The notes under the pieces were generated by a model, which was not told the DNA's origin, searched no databases, and saw only the letters and a program-made list of their open reading frames with translations. From the IMG/VR virus record IMGVR_UViG_3300030099_006944, positions 96,001-160,000 of that record: a stretch of DNA of 64,000 nt; one strand, 5' to 3'. Positions 30,086 to 40,246 of the stretch are shown piece by piece. Position 1 is the first letter of the stretch; every line of letters starts with the position of its first letter. This DNA comes from a virus. The position numbers were made by a program, and so were the translations under genes.

Positions 30086-31638
30086 TGACATTTTGGAACA
30101 CCTATAAGCCAACAGGCAACCAAGGTAGTGAAGCTATGTCTTATAATTATGCTAGCCGGATCTACATAGGCTCTGCTATATCAAAAAGATACATAGAGTT
30201 GCCGGCATTTATCCGAGACTTAAAATATGCATTAAACAAAAACATAGAGACAATTGACGAAAAGGACAAAACCGGAGCTAGGTACATAGAGAAGGCTAGT
30301 GCTGTATCTATGACCTTATCAATTGATGTTCCAGCCGCGAGTGCTCTTGAAGCGAAGTCAAACTTAGCTAGGGTTAGTGAAATAATGAGGATGATATCTC
30401 CCAGCGGAGGGTTTACCACGATTACTTCGGCAGAGGGTGTATCCGAAACTGTTTCACAGGCAGCGACGGCTCCAAAAATATATATACTTTGTTCAAATTT
30501 GATATCATTTGGAAGAAAAGATGTTGTTGACTTAATTAGTAATTTTTCCGAACTCAAAACAAATGGGCTACCCGGATATATAAAAGACTTCGATTACACT
30601 CCGGATATTGAAGCAGGATTTTTTATAGATGAAGATTTTCGAGCACCTAGAAACATAAAAGTCGACATAACCTTGTCAGTTGATGCCTTGCCGCGAGACA
30701 TAATCGACTCTGACGCATTAAAAGCCCTTCCGGCAGAGACTTCTGCTGTCGAGGACGAAGTGTATGTAATTAGAGGATTCTCGATCACCGGTGAATTTAT
30801 GCCCGGAGATGGTGGTGGGTGGCCTTTTGGTATATCTATCAAGGATTCTAGACAATCTGGTGCTGAATATAACTATAAGACTCTTAATAGTCATAAAACA
30901 GATTATGCAACCAATGCAAGTTCTTTTTTCATGATTGGAAACAATGAAAAGGAACAGCGAGGAAAATTCAACTCTAAATGGAGTAAAACTCAAATCGACC
31001 TGCAAACGAATGCCGTAGGATATGGCACACCAGTGTACTGTTTGTTCAAAATGTTCTTAGAGGACTTCAAATTCTCCAAAAAAACCTCACTAGAACCAAG
31101 AGAAGTGAACAATACTGACGTCGGGCAAGCATATTTTAATTACAGCGATAGTAATTCAGAGGTCGATATCAAATTTTCAATCATTGCAGACGATTTGGAA
31201 CAAGCGAAGAAAAATTGCGGGAAAATACAAATACTTTTTAGACTTTTATTAACCGAAAATGAACTTGATGGTGGAAATTGGTCTAACTATGCTGATATTT
31301 TTAGAGTTCTTTATTCTCCTAGTCTATTAGAGAGGCACGATTCAACCAAAGAGATAAATAATGATCCAAATACTTTATGGGAAAATGGAATAGGTTGCAA
31401 GGTCAATGGAATCTCTGTTGATAATCACAATGATTTAGGGTATTTTATAGAAAAAGATGGAGCAATTAAGAAATACTATCCCAAAGGATTTAAAATCTCC
31501 ATCACGGCTGCTATCACCGGTCGAGAAGCCTCTCCTCACTTGTACGCAGGTCGACCCGGAAACTATAAATCTGATGGTGCGACACTAATCAGAGATGATA
31601 TCACAGGGATTATAAATTTCCCGTTTAAATTTAAATAA
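30085..31638 (+). CDS. Baseplate / tube-initiator-like protein with two similar halves
   Basis: Follows the tape measure gene; internal similarity described in the findings. Confidence 0.5.
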   Translation: MTFWNTYKPTGNQGSEAMSYNYASRIYIGSAISKRYIELPAFIRDLKYALNKNIETIDEKDKTGARYIEKASAVSMTLSIDVPAASALEAKSNLARVSEIMRMISPSGGFTTITSAEGVSETVSQAATAPKIYILCSNLISFGRKDVVDLISNFSELKTNGLPGYIKDFDYTPDIEAGFFIDEDFRAPRNIKVDITLSVDALPRDIIDSDALKALPAETSAVEDEVYVIRGFSITGEFMPGDGGGWPFGISIKDSRQSGAEYNYKTLNSHKTDYATNASSFFMIGNNEKEQRGKFNSKWSKTQIDLQTNAVGYGTPVYCLFKMFLEDFKFSKKTSLEPREVNNTDVGQAYFNYSDSNSEVDIKFSIIADDLEQAKKNCGKIQILFRLLLTENELDGGNWSNYADIFRVLYSPSLLERHDSTKEINNDPNTLWENGIGCKVNGISVDNHNDLGYFIEKDGAIKKYYPKGFKISITAAITGREASPHLYAGRPGNYKSDGATLIRDDITGIINFPFKFK

Positions 31639-31651
31639 GGACAAAAAACAC

Positions 31652-31978
31652 ATGCCGATATTCAGAAACAACAGAACCGGAATCAATAAAAATCCACTAT
31701 ACGATGAACTATTGGAGAAAAGAGGGTTACCCAAGATAGAGCATTTCCGAACAATGCCTTTCTCTGGTTTGGATACAGACACTATAATGGTCAGTGAATA
31801 TATTTGGCGAGCAGGTGATTCGTTGCAAAAACTATCTAGAACCTTTTATAGAACCTATGAGTATTGGTGGGTGATCGGTTTTGTTAACAAGAAGCCCACC
31901 GATGCACATTATAAACTCGGAGACACAGTTTATATTCCCACCGATCCTTCTTATATTGCTGATAACATTGGGAGTTAA
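31652..31978 (+). CDS. LysM-like baseplate protein (gp53-like)
   Basis: YIWRAGDSLQKLSRTFY..YEYWWVIGFVN.KP....GDTVYIP. Confidence 0.75.
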   Translation: MPIFRNNRTGINKNPLYDELLEKRGLPKIEHFRTMPFSGLDTDTIMVSEYIWRAGDSLQKLSRTFYRTYEYWWVIGFVNKKPTDAHYKLGDTVYIPTDPSYIADNIGS

Positions 31979-31980
31979 AA

Positions 31981-34900
31981 ATGTCAACTAACGAAGAAAT
32001 AGTAAAAAAACTACTTGAGCTTTATTTTCAAAATAAGGAAGGGGAAAACACAAACACTTACATTGATCGCATTAAAAACCTTAAACCTGCTGATAGAACC
32101 GCCTTGTTTGACCGTGGGGTTGGCGTGATCGACCTTTCGGGATTGGGGGACTCTATCACTGAGCAAAGAAAAGCACGAGCAGAAATGCTTAGTCAATACT
32201 GGGAGAGTAGAGGGATTGAAGCCAGCGGTTGGCCATGGGATGTCGTGGTAAGTTTTATTCAAGACGGCGATCATGCACTGTATCCGAAGGGCTCAGGAAA
32301 GAAAGGTCAATTTACACAAGAGGAGTACGTTGCAGCAGCCCGGGCTGGTGTGTTAAAGGCATCGGAACAAGCAAGCAAGGATGGGGGCGCTCTGGATGTT
32401 TGGAACTTTTATGAGGTATGGAGAACCGAAGGAGGGGGTGGAAAGCAATCGGCTCACTTTCAGAGAAAAGTCAACAAGAAGAGTTTAGCTGGGCAGACCA
32501 CATCTACAACCACTACTGGTTCGGGTCCAAAAACGAAACTGTGGTCGTTATATCACAGAATTGTTGAAGGGGGTATACACTTCTTTAAGGATGAAACAAG
32601 TGATGGTGAGCCACTGTGGGGTTTCGATGGAAGAGATATGAGTGCCCGGACGGATATTAGTGGTATAAGAAGCAAGAACTGGGCCCCGGGGAAGCCCGGT
32701 CCATTCTTTCTGGCTCTCACAGAGGATAATGCAATCGGAGAGAAAGGTGATAATTTTTTGGGTTTCCAAACTGGAGAAAATCTATCGAGTATCGCTAGCA
32801 TTGATGGAGATGGGATTGAAGATAGCAAAGTCGAGGAAGGTGATTATTCTGACTATTCTCAATGCTTGATTTTGGCTTCTTATTTAAAATCTCCAAAGAT
32901 GGAGATTAATTATTTCGCAAAACAAGGATTACTAGCAAAACAAGGTGACCCAACAGCTTATTGGAGCGACAGGATTATACCTCTGTGGCTTGAAGATCCA
33001 GATAAGTTTATAAATTACAGTATTATGCCTCCAACTTATTCTGATTTTTTCAAGAACTTGCAAATCGATCCTCAAACGGGTAACTTCTTGAAGATCAATG
33101 AAGAATATAGACCCGCTATTGATCCAATGGCGTATTCCAAGATGGTGTTAAAGACGTCTTTGAAATATATATATACTGAATACAATTCTGATAATACTCC
33201 AACAATCATCGATGTCCCCATAAGAAACAACTCGGTTGAAACATTACAGGGTGATTATTTTAAATTAAGAATTGCGAATGATATTTCTTCACGGGTCGTT
33301 AGTGATGATGATGCCATGGTTATTAAAGAGTCCGGAGGCATATTCAATTCACTACAAGACATAAAAGACTTCATAAGTAGCGTGAAAAACGCAGCTAACA
33401 CCGGGGAAAACAATAATTTTTATCACCTAGAAAACGTGGATATTAAATTTGATGGTACCAATCCATCTACTGCTAGGAAAGATGTGCAGGTCTCGTTGAA
33501 ATTTATTTGCGATTCTTTTCACACTTTTAGTACATATGAGATTTCCGACAAGGGACTGCTGGGTAAAGATTTCAAAGGTAATTCAAAGAAAATTACATTA
33601 GCAGATCTGGTTTCTTTACCTACTACTGGTAAAACAATCAACGATTCTGAGCCCGGAGGGTTTATTAAAAATCAGTTTAGTCCCAACTACAATCGACTAC
33701 AATTATCGATAAGCCACTTCAACTTAGTACAAGAGAGAGTATCAAAAGAAGAATCAACAACAGAGAGTGATGATAACTTTGGAGGTAGAGGAGTAGGTAC
33801 ACAAGGTCATCGCGGTACCACAGGTAACAACAGTGCTGGTGGGGACACAATAAGTTTCAAAAAAGTTAGCGAAAATGAATGGATTAAAACATCAAAAGCT
33901 GACGGTAACGATATGATATTGGATCTTTCCGTTATTGATCACACGATTGAAAGAGATCCGGCAACCGGTTTTATCACTTTTACTGTAAATTATCGCGGTT
34001 ATTTTGATTCTATGTTAACCACTCCTGCTTGTGATGCTTTAGCTGACAAACGAATCAATGACAGGCGCAGCCAAAGAGATAAGCTATTAAGAAATGCAGC
34101 CAGAATAGGTTGCACCAGAAACGAAATAAAAGAAATAATGGACAAAAACCAAGCAACCGCTCAGTTGGAAAAAGATCGCGCCATGGCATCTATAATTGAG
34201 CGATTGGCAACAAGAGGGAGACTATATGTTACAGATATCCCAACTAGTCATTTAAAGAGTTTTGTGCAGACAGGTCACCTAAACAAAACTGCTAGGGAAT
34301 CTGTTGATATCATCATTGATATAGAATCACCCGTCGGTGGTGGTACTAGTATTGCGCAACTCCTAGGAGAAAGCGATATCGATCGAGCCGAATCAGAAGA
34401 CATAGAACTTCAAGATAGAAACTGGGGTGGTGATGTTGCGGCCGGATTTGATGCTGCTTGGGACAAATATGTCACGGGCGAAGGCTCAGAAGGCTTTTCC
34501 GATGCGTATGGCGCTAGTGATATATATCAAAAATACAGAGACGGTCGTTCTTGGAGGACATGGTCTTTTTTCTTAGGTGATCTTTTGGATGTTATTTCGG
34601 ATAGTATATACGAGGAAGGAACCAGCGTACACCACAAGCAATACAAAGCAATGAATTTGAAATTTATGGCTTCTACATTTGCGATACCGGATTTTTTTAG
34701 CGAAGTCGGCGAGGATCATGATGATATATTGAGAAACATTCTCTCGGTACCTATTTCTTTGGATTTTTTCAAAAAATGGTTTAATGAAAACGTAACCAAT
34801 AAAGATCTATTGTTTTACCCTATGGGCACCATGATTAAAGATTTAGTCGAACGCGTGATATCAGGTCTTCTATATGAAACATGTTTATCAAGCCCAACCG

Positions 34901-36426
34901 ATACTCCCCCTATATTTAGAATTGGGTATTTTACGGATTGTAGAAAACGATATAATCTAATGAGAACTTATAAGTTCCAAAGACGATCTACCGCAGTGGG
35001 TCAGTGGTCTCCATGGCTAGATTGGAAAACCGCTAGTCTTTTTAGTTACAACAGAGACAAAGCCTTGTTTCATATGGATTCAAGTGTGGAGACCAAAGAC
35101 AGAAAAAACTATTGTGTTATATATTGTATGAAATCAATGGTTATGAATCGAAAACTGACTCAGAACATTTACAACGATGAAGACAGTTTTGAGAACTTTG
35201 TACCAGTCATCTGTTATGGTACAAACAACATCGGGGCTAATTATCTATCAGATGTAAAATTTAGTAAAACTAGTACACCCGGTCTTCGCGAGGCCAGATA
35301 TTTTGGTAGTGCCAATGGTGGACTAAGTCTTTTGTCAAATGTTTATGATTTGTCTTTTAGTTTTAGTAAAATGGCTGCTAATACATTCTTTTATCCGGGC
35401 TCTGTTTTTGATTTTCGGCTGCTGGATAAGGGGATGGGTAGTCCTCATGACAAAAAGTCACTAGCATATCATATGGGCTTCGGAGGGTATCATATGGTCA
35501 AGTCAGTAAATTATAATTTAAATGTACATGCCAGTGACTATCAAATAACTGTCGATTCTAAATTTATTGGCACCAAACAACCAGAAGATCCTTGGAGAAA
35601 CTTTCCAAACGCCTCTGCTATTGAAGCCGCCGTCGATGCAAAATGCGATGATCTTATAATAAAATCAGAAAGGGTATTTGCACTTGAACAAGAACAAAGG
35701 AATGCAGATGAGGCATACAATTCAATAAGTTCTGATGGTGTTATCACCATCGAGGATATAGAAGACGATGCAGAAAGAGCCACACTGGCTAGTGAAGAAC
35801 AAGAACTGTTGGATAACCAAATTGAAGCTTGGTGGGCCGAGAACAAGGATTCGGTCATGGAAGCGGTTAAGGCGAGGATAGCCAGCAACAAGGAAACTGC
35901 TGTAAAGAACGCTTGGGCCAGGAAGGAAAACCTTCGTTGGGGTCTAGACGAGTATTCCGGAAAGGATCTGTTAAATTCGACGGATAAACCTTTTGCAAAG
36001 GATAACGGCCTAGATGATGACCCTGATTACTACTACTACACAGGGTATACCGATGCTGGTATAGAGGAGTGGTTAACTACCGGGACCTTAGGTGACCCGG
36101 ACGAAACCGGAACGAGAGCTTTTAATCCTCCGATAACGGACTTAACTTCAAATGATCCAAACAGCATTGGACAATACCTAATAAAATCAACCGCGATACT
36201 TTATTGTCATGATGATCATTATGTGCCTTTTGTGAGAGTTCAATACCGAAATGGTTTTAAATATTACACCTACAAGCCAACTGGTGCTAGCACCGCGGCT
36301 CAGGTTGCGTACAACATGAGTAGATACGGAGCTGATGCATCTAAGTATACGAGCGAAATCATAGAGTTCAAGCCATACATTGACAGTACCACTTACCGCT
36401 GGTCAACTGAGTTCGATTATGGATAA
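31981..36426 (+). CDS. Large putative baseplate hub protein
   Basis: 1481 aa after the LysM gene; hub-like NTFFYPG..F and GFGGYHMVKSV segments near residue 1140. Confidence 0.5.
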   Translation: MSTNEEIVKKLLELYFQNKEGENTNTYIDRIKNLKPADRTALFDRGVGVIDLSGLGDSITEQRKARAEMLSQYWESRGIEASGWPWDVVVSFIQDGDHALYPKGSGKKGQFTQEEYVAAARAGVLKASEQASKDGGALDVWNFYEVWRTEGGGGKQSAHFQRKVNKKSLAGQTTSTTTTGSGPKTKLWSLYHRIVEGGIHFFKDETSDGEPLWGFDGRDMSARTDISGIRSKNWAPGKPGPFFLALTEDNAIGEKGDNFLGFQTGENLSSIASIDGDGIEDSKVEEGDYSDYSQCLILASYLKSPKMEINYFAKQGLLAKQGDPTAYWSDRIIPLWLEDPDKFINYSIMPPTYSDFFKNLQIDPQTGNFLKINEEYRPAIDPMAYSKMVLKTSLKYIYTEYNSDNTPTIIDVPIRNNSVETLQGDYFKLRIANDISSRVVSDDDAMVIKESGGIFNSLQDIKDFISSVKNAANTGENNNFYHLENVDIKFDGTNPSTARKDVQVSLKFICDSFHTFSTYEISDKGLLGKDFKGNSKKITLADLVSLPTTGKTINDSEPGGFIKNQFSPNYNRLQLSISHFNLVQERVSKEESTTESDDNFGGRGVGTQGHRGTTGNNSAGGDTISFKKVSENEWIKTSKADGNDMILDLSVIDHTIERDPATGFITFTVNYRGYFDSMLTTPACDALADKRINDRRSQRDKLLRNAARIGCTRNEIKEIMDKNQATAQLEKDRAMASIIERLATRGRLYVTDIPTSHLKSFVQTGHLNKTARESVDIIIDIESPVGGGTSIAQLLGESDIDRAESEDIELQDRNWGGDVAAGFDAAWDKYVTGEGSEGFSDAYGASDIYQKYRDGRSWRTWSFFLGDLLDVISDSIYEEGTSVHHKQYKAMNLKFMASTFAIPDFFSEVGEDHDDILRNILSVPISLDFFKKWFNENVTNKDLLFYPMGTMIKDLVERVISGLLYETCLSSPTDTPPIFRIGYFTDCRKRYNLMRTYKFQRRSTAVGQWSPWLDWKTASLFSYNRDKALFHMDSSVETKDRKNYCVIYCMKSMVMNRKLTQNIYNDEDSFENFVPVICYGTNNIGANYLSDVKFSKTSTPGLREARYFGSANGGLSLLSNVYDLSFSFSKMAANTFFYPGSVFDFRLLDKGMGSPHDKKSLAYHMGFGGYHMVKSVNYNLNVHASDYQITVDSKFIGTKQPEDPWRNFPNASAIEAAVDAKCDDLIIKSERVFALEQEQRNADEAYNSISSDGVITIEDIEDDAERATLASEEQELLDNQIEAWWAENKDSVMEAVKARIASNKETAVKNAWARKENLRWGLDEYSGKDLLNSTDKPFAKDNGLDDDPDYYYYTGYTDAGIEEWLTTGTLGDPDETGTRAFNPPITDLTSNDPNSIGQYLIKSTAILYCHDDHYVPFVRVQYRNGFKYYTYKPTGASTAAQVAYNMSRYGADASKYTSEIIEFKPYIDSTTYRWSTEFDYG

Positions 36427-36437
36427 GGAGAAAAATT

Positions 36438-37676
36438 GTGTTTAAATCCCAAAATGAAATCACATCTACTAAACGAAAGATGCAACAAACAGCACGATGG
36501 AAATTGTATTCTCAAAAACCCTCGGTTGCTACAAAAGATCTAAACCTCATCGAATATCAATATTACGGATTAATAGATACAGAAAATTATTCAGTAGTTC
36601 CAGATGAAATAATGATGAGAGAAATAAAATCTCATGCACCAGAATCTCGTAATTTGGTTTTTAACTTCGTAGCAGACGCCTTTGAGGCTCTACAAAATCA
36701 TTTATCAAAAGCAGTTCTTCGAGGCCAAATAGATCAGGAAGGTCCGTTTGGCAACTTAAAAGCCTTCAAAGCATATACACCCCCTAAAAACAGATACGAA
36801 AAACATATCTCAAATATATTATACAAATTGAATACCACACAAATTCCAAAAGTAACCGGCATTAATAATATAACATCTTATAATGACTATGTCAATTGTT
36901 TTTTTGATATAATTAACAAAAGCGAAAAGGATAGTGCAATAACACTAAGCAAGTTTAATAAATCATACTATTCCAGTATTTTAGACACCGGGCTGGCTAT
37001 CAGTTACCATGATGTGCCGATGAATGATAAAAAACAAAAGTTCAATAAAATTTTAACCAAATCTAGATTTAACTATTTCAGAGATATATGTAAAAACTTT
37101 GGGTTTTCTACGGTCTTTGATAACCCAAACATATTAGTTTTTGACGTTGCCAGTCCAGCAGCAAAGAAATATTTGGAAGCATATAGTATTTTTAATATAC
37201 CATCTATATTTGCAAATTACTATATCAAGACTTATATATATGATATAGAATATATTAATAATTATATTAATTTATATTATAATAAATATGTTAGCATGTA
37301 TCCTTTAACTATAGAAACAGAAGTACACTGTAATAAAACATTTCAAAAAAGAATTACTAGACAAAAGATAGATCTATCATACAAGATACCAATAGATATC
37401 ATGATAGAAAAATATGTCATGATTCGCAACAGAGAAGAAGGCTCCCCATTCAGCGAAGGAAAAACAAAAAGGATTGTAAAAAAGGCAATTTATTTTCAAA
37501 AATCATTTGACAAAACCAAAGCACTAAGTTATATTAGTAGAGAGTTCAAAGATCAGGTATGGAACAAAAATTTTGGATATCATGATCGCCTTGAAAAAGA
37601 GCGTCAAAATAATTCCTTTGAGTCTGCCGCATTTGAACCAGATACAACACCCTCATCAGGAGGGTCAGGATACTAG
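36438..37676 (+). CDS. Hypothetical protein
   Basis: 412-aa ORF (GTG start, AAGGAG RBS); last gene of the structural block. Confidence 0.65.
   Translation: MFKSQNEITSTKRKMQQTARWKLYSQKPSVATKDLNLIEYQYYGLIDTENYSVVPDEIMMREIKSHAPESRNLVFNFVADAFEALQNHLSKAVLRGQIDQEGPFGNLKAFKAYTPPKNRYEKHISNILYKLNTTQIPKVTGINNITSYNDYVNCFFDIINKSEKDSAITLSKFNKSYYSSILDTGLAISYHDVPMNDKKQKFNKILTKSRFNYFRDICKNFGFSTVFDNPNILVFDVASPAAKKYLEAYSIFNIPSIFANYYIKTYIYDIEYINNYINLYYNKYVSMYPLTIETEVHCNKTFQKRITRQKIDLSYKIPIDIMIEKYVMIRNREEGSPFSEGKTKRIVKKAIYFQKSFDKTKALSYISREFKDQVWNKNFGYHDRLEKERQNNSFESAAFEPDTTPSSGGSGY
37507..37535 (+). promoter_or_regulatory. Sigma70-like promoter embedded in a CDS, upstream of the polymerase
   Basis: TTGACA-N17-TATATT. 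Confidence 0.6.
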
Positions 37677-37684
37677 GAGGACAC

Positions 37685-38887
37685 ATGGTATTCCAATTAA
37701 TGGACGACAAAAAAGACTGCATAGGAGTATATACAAATGGACAATTTATTTACGATCGGATCCCCACAAACTTGGATAGCACTTGGGCTTATTCTGAACA
37801 CCTTAGAGATCGTCACGTTCAGTATGCTTATTTATGGACTCAGGGATCTAAGATATCAGATATCTGCCCTGAACACTTGCTTGCAAGATGGACAGCAGCA
37901 GACAAAAAAATAAAATCTCACTTCAAATCACTGTATGTTTCGAAGATAAATTTGGGAGATATATGCTTTTTCGACATTGTTCCAAACAAGCAATTAGAGC
38001 ATTATTTCCAGACTAAGAATGAAATCTGCGATTGGGTTTTTGCAAATGTTGACAAGCCAACACACTACGGGTTGCTCCACGACAGTTATATAACAATACA
38101 AAATATTTCAAAACACGTATTGAACATCAATAAGCACAAACTTTTTAAATATTCTAATTATGATGCCAAAGCAAAGAGTTTATGGAAGTGGATACAAGAT
38201 AATCCACGACCAATTGTGAATTATGACTTGTTTGGTTCAAAAACCGGTCGACTTACAACGAAAGTAGGAAGTTTCCCCATCATGAATCTTAAAACAGAAA
38301 TAAAAGATGTTGTTGAACCCAATTGGGATTGCTTTTTGGAATTAGATTTCAATGCAGCAGAGATAAGAACTATGATATCCCTAATGGGACAAAAACAACC
38401 ACAGGAGGATATACATGAGTGGAACATCAAAAACATATTTAAAGAAGATATCAGCAGAGCACAAGCAAAACAAAAGTTTTTCGCATGGCTCTACAACTCG
38501 GAAAACAAAACTATCGATTCTGAATTCTATAGCAAAGACGCTCTCGTCGAAAAGTTTTATTGCGAAGAACAAGAAGAAATACAGACCCCGTTTGGTAGAA
38601 GGACAGCTTGTGATAGATTTCACGCTCTCAACTATCTCCTTCAATCCGCTTCCTCCGATAACTGTCTGGACCGGGTCAACAAAATCGAAAAATTCTTAAC
38701 AGACAGGAGAAGTTATGTCGCCTTTACTATACACGATTGCGTTATTATTGACCTTCACAGGGATGATCGCCATCTTATTCCTCAACTAAAACAAATTTTC
38801 GAAGATACGAAGCTAGGTTCTTTCCCGTCTTCATGTCATATTGGCAAAAACTTAGGCAATATGAAGGAATTTGTATGGAAAAATTAG
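37685..38887 (+). CDS. Short family-A DNA polymerase (polymerase domain only)
   Basis: KTGRLTT; motif A LELDFNAAEIR; motif B RAQAKQKFFAWLY; TPFGRR; ALNYLLQSASSD; motif C FTIHDCV. Confidence 0.82.
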   Translation: MVFQLMDDKKDCIGVYTNGQFIYDRIPTNLDSTWAYSEHLRDRHVQYAYLWTQGSKISDICPEHLLARWTAADKKIKSHFKSLYVSKINLGDICFFDIVPNKQLEHYFQTKNEICDWVFANVDKPTHYGLLHDSYITIQNISKHVLNINKHKLFKYSNYDAKAKSLWKWIQDNPRPIVNYDLFGSKTGRLTTKVGSFPIMNLKTEIKDVVEPNWDCFLELDFNAAEIRTMISLMGQKQPQEDIHEWNIKNIFKEDISRAQAKQKFFAWLYNSENKTIDSEFYSKDALVEKFYCEEQEEIQTPFGRRTACDRFHALNYLLQSASSDNCLDRVNKIEKFLTDRRSYVAFTIHDCVIIDLHRDDRHLIPQLKQIFEDTKLGSFPSSCHIGKNLGNMKEFVWKN

Positions 38888-39084
38888 AAGAAGGTGATAT
38901 AATCGTAACACTACCGAAGGTTGAAAGAATTCAGGCAATCATAGGCAGACTTGAAAGAGGAATGATTGGTGTTGTAGTTGAGACGAACCCTAGATTCAAT
39001 AATGTACAGGTTTATGGAGTACTAGTAAATGGGGAAATATATTATCTTTTTGCAGATGAAATTCAAAAAGTGGAGGAGACATGA
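38875..39084 (+). CDS. Small KOW/SH3-like hypothetical protein
   Basis: LEEGDIIV...GVVV pattern; start reassigned to ATG 38875. Confidence 0.55.
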   Translation: MEKLEEGDIIVTLPKVERIQAIIGRLERGMIGVVVETNPRFNNVQVYGVLVNGEIYYLFADEIQKVEET

Positions 39085-39278
39085 AAGTTGGAGACTTGGT
39101 CATGACCAAGCAGTGTGTTTGGTATTACGGATCGGAGGCTAGGACAAAGCGTATGGGAATAGTTTTAGAAATTATTAGATCACCCTTAACAGGAACCATA
39201 GTACATTGCTGGTTTTCAGAAATTGGATACTACCAGATTAATGTTGAGGGAATTGAACTATTGGAGGAAAATTGTTAA
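39081..39278 (+). CDS. Small KOW/SH3-like hypothetical protein
   Basis: MKVGDLV...GIVLEI pattern; GGAGG RBS. Confidence 0.6.
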   Translation: MKVGDLVMTKQCVWYYGSEARTKRMGIVLEIIRSPLTGTIVHCWFSEIGYYQINVEGIELLEENC

Positions 39279-40084
39279 TAGTAGGACTTGGAGAAGCAGG
39301 AACGAATATTGCTTCGTTATTTAAACAACATGAACAGTATCATGTAGAGATCTTAGATGAGGGAAAGGGCATTAAAAAATGCGCAACAGTTGAAGAGTAT
39401 GATTCAATCAATTATAAACCTCGCAAGAAAGCTATCAAATCGGCCTCTGAGGGCATTCTGTTCGTCTGTGGTAGTGGTAAGGTGTCTGCTGCTGCGTTGC
39501 GCGTTCTAGAAGGTCTTAGGCACGTTGATATGAAGGTTGTTTATGTTGTTCCGGATTTAGAATACTCATCACGTGATGAAAAAATAAGACATCGTGTACA
39601 CTACAATATTTTACAAGAGTTTTGTAGGTCTGGATTGATATCTGAAATGATAATATTTGAAAACAAATGCTTGTTGGAAATTGCTGGCCATGGAACGATA
39701 TACAAATATTACGAGAAAGCAAATTATTTAATTTATTCTGCAATTCATACCTTAAATTATTGCGCGCATACGAAGCCTGAGTTTGGTTCACTTCACACTC
39801 CAAAACAAATCAGTCGAATTTGTACCCTAGGTTATGGCGAAATAGAAGAAAATGATGAAAAAATGTTTTTTTCCCTTGACAACATAACGGAAACAAGTTA
39901 TATTATTAATATAAATGAGGATGATTTAGCTAACGACATTGATCTCCTACCAAACATTAAAGCAATGGTTGGAGAAAACAAACAACTTGAACGCGAAACT
40001 TCATTTGCGATTTGGTCCACAACTGAGGATACAAATTATTATTACACAAAACATTACACACACTTTATTCAAGAAAAAACTTGA
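39272..40084 (+). CDS. Divergent tubulin/FtsZ (PhuZ-like) family protein
   Basis: N-terminal IVGLGEAGTNIA nucleotide-binding loop; degenerate signature FVCGSGKVSAAAL; YVVPD, IFEN and ANYLI echo the FtsZ/tubulin core. Confidence 0.7.
   Translation: MLIVGLGEAGTNIASLFKQHEQYHVEILDEGKGIKKCATVEEYDSINYKPRKKAIKSASEGILFVCGSGKVSAAALRVLEGLRHVDMKVVYVVPDLEYSSRDEKIRHRVHYNILQEFCRSGLISEMIIFENKCLLEIAGHGTIYKYYEKANYLIYSAIHTLNYCAHTKPEFGSLHTPKQISRICTLGYGEIEENDEKMFFSLDNITETSYIININEDDLANDIDLLPNIKAMVGENKQLERETSFAIWSTTEDTNYYYTKHYTHFIQEKT
39876..39904 (+). promoter_or_regulatory. Sigma70-like promoter embedded in the tubulin-like CDS
   Basis: ttgacaacataacggaaacaagttatatt, close to the 36-bp repeat. Confidence 0.6.
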
Positions 40085-40116
40085 CAACATAACCATAACA
40101 GGTTATATTATTATAT
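40081..40116 (+). repeat. 36-bp perfect direct repeat, copy 1 (contains a sigma70-like promoter)
   Basis: ttgacaacataaccataacaggttatattattatat, identical to 40247-40282. Confidence 0.92.
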
Positions 40117-40137
40117 AATACAAAGCAAGGAGATAAA

Positions 40138-40230
40138 ATGCTTAGTTTAATGTTGCTCACCATTATTGGTTGCGGCGAAAAAGAAGATGATACAGCAGAG
40201 GCTGTCGTCGAAAACTCTTCCGAGAGTTAA
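40138..40230 (+). CDS. 30-aa micro-lipoprotein MLSLMLLTIIGCGEKEDDTAEAVVENSSES (absent from the ORF track)
   Basis: AAGGAG RBS; hydrophobic stretch ending in the lipobox-like IIG-C; own promoter. Confidence 0.65.
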   Translation: MLSLMLLTIIGCGEKEDDTAEAVVENSSES

Positions 40231-40246
40231 AAAATAAAAAAAATAT

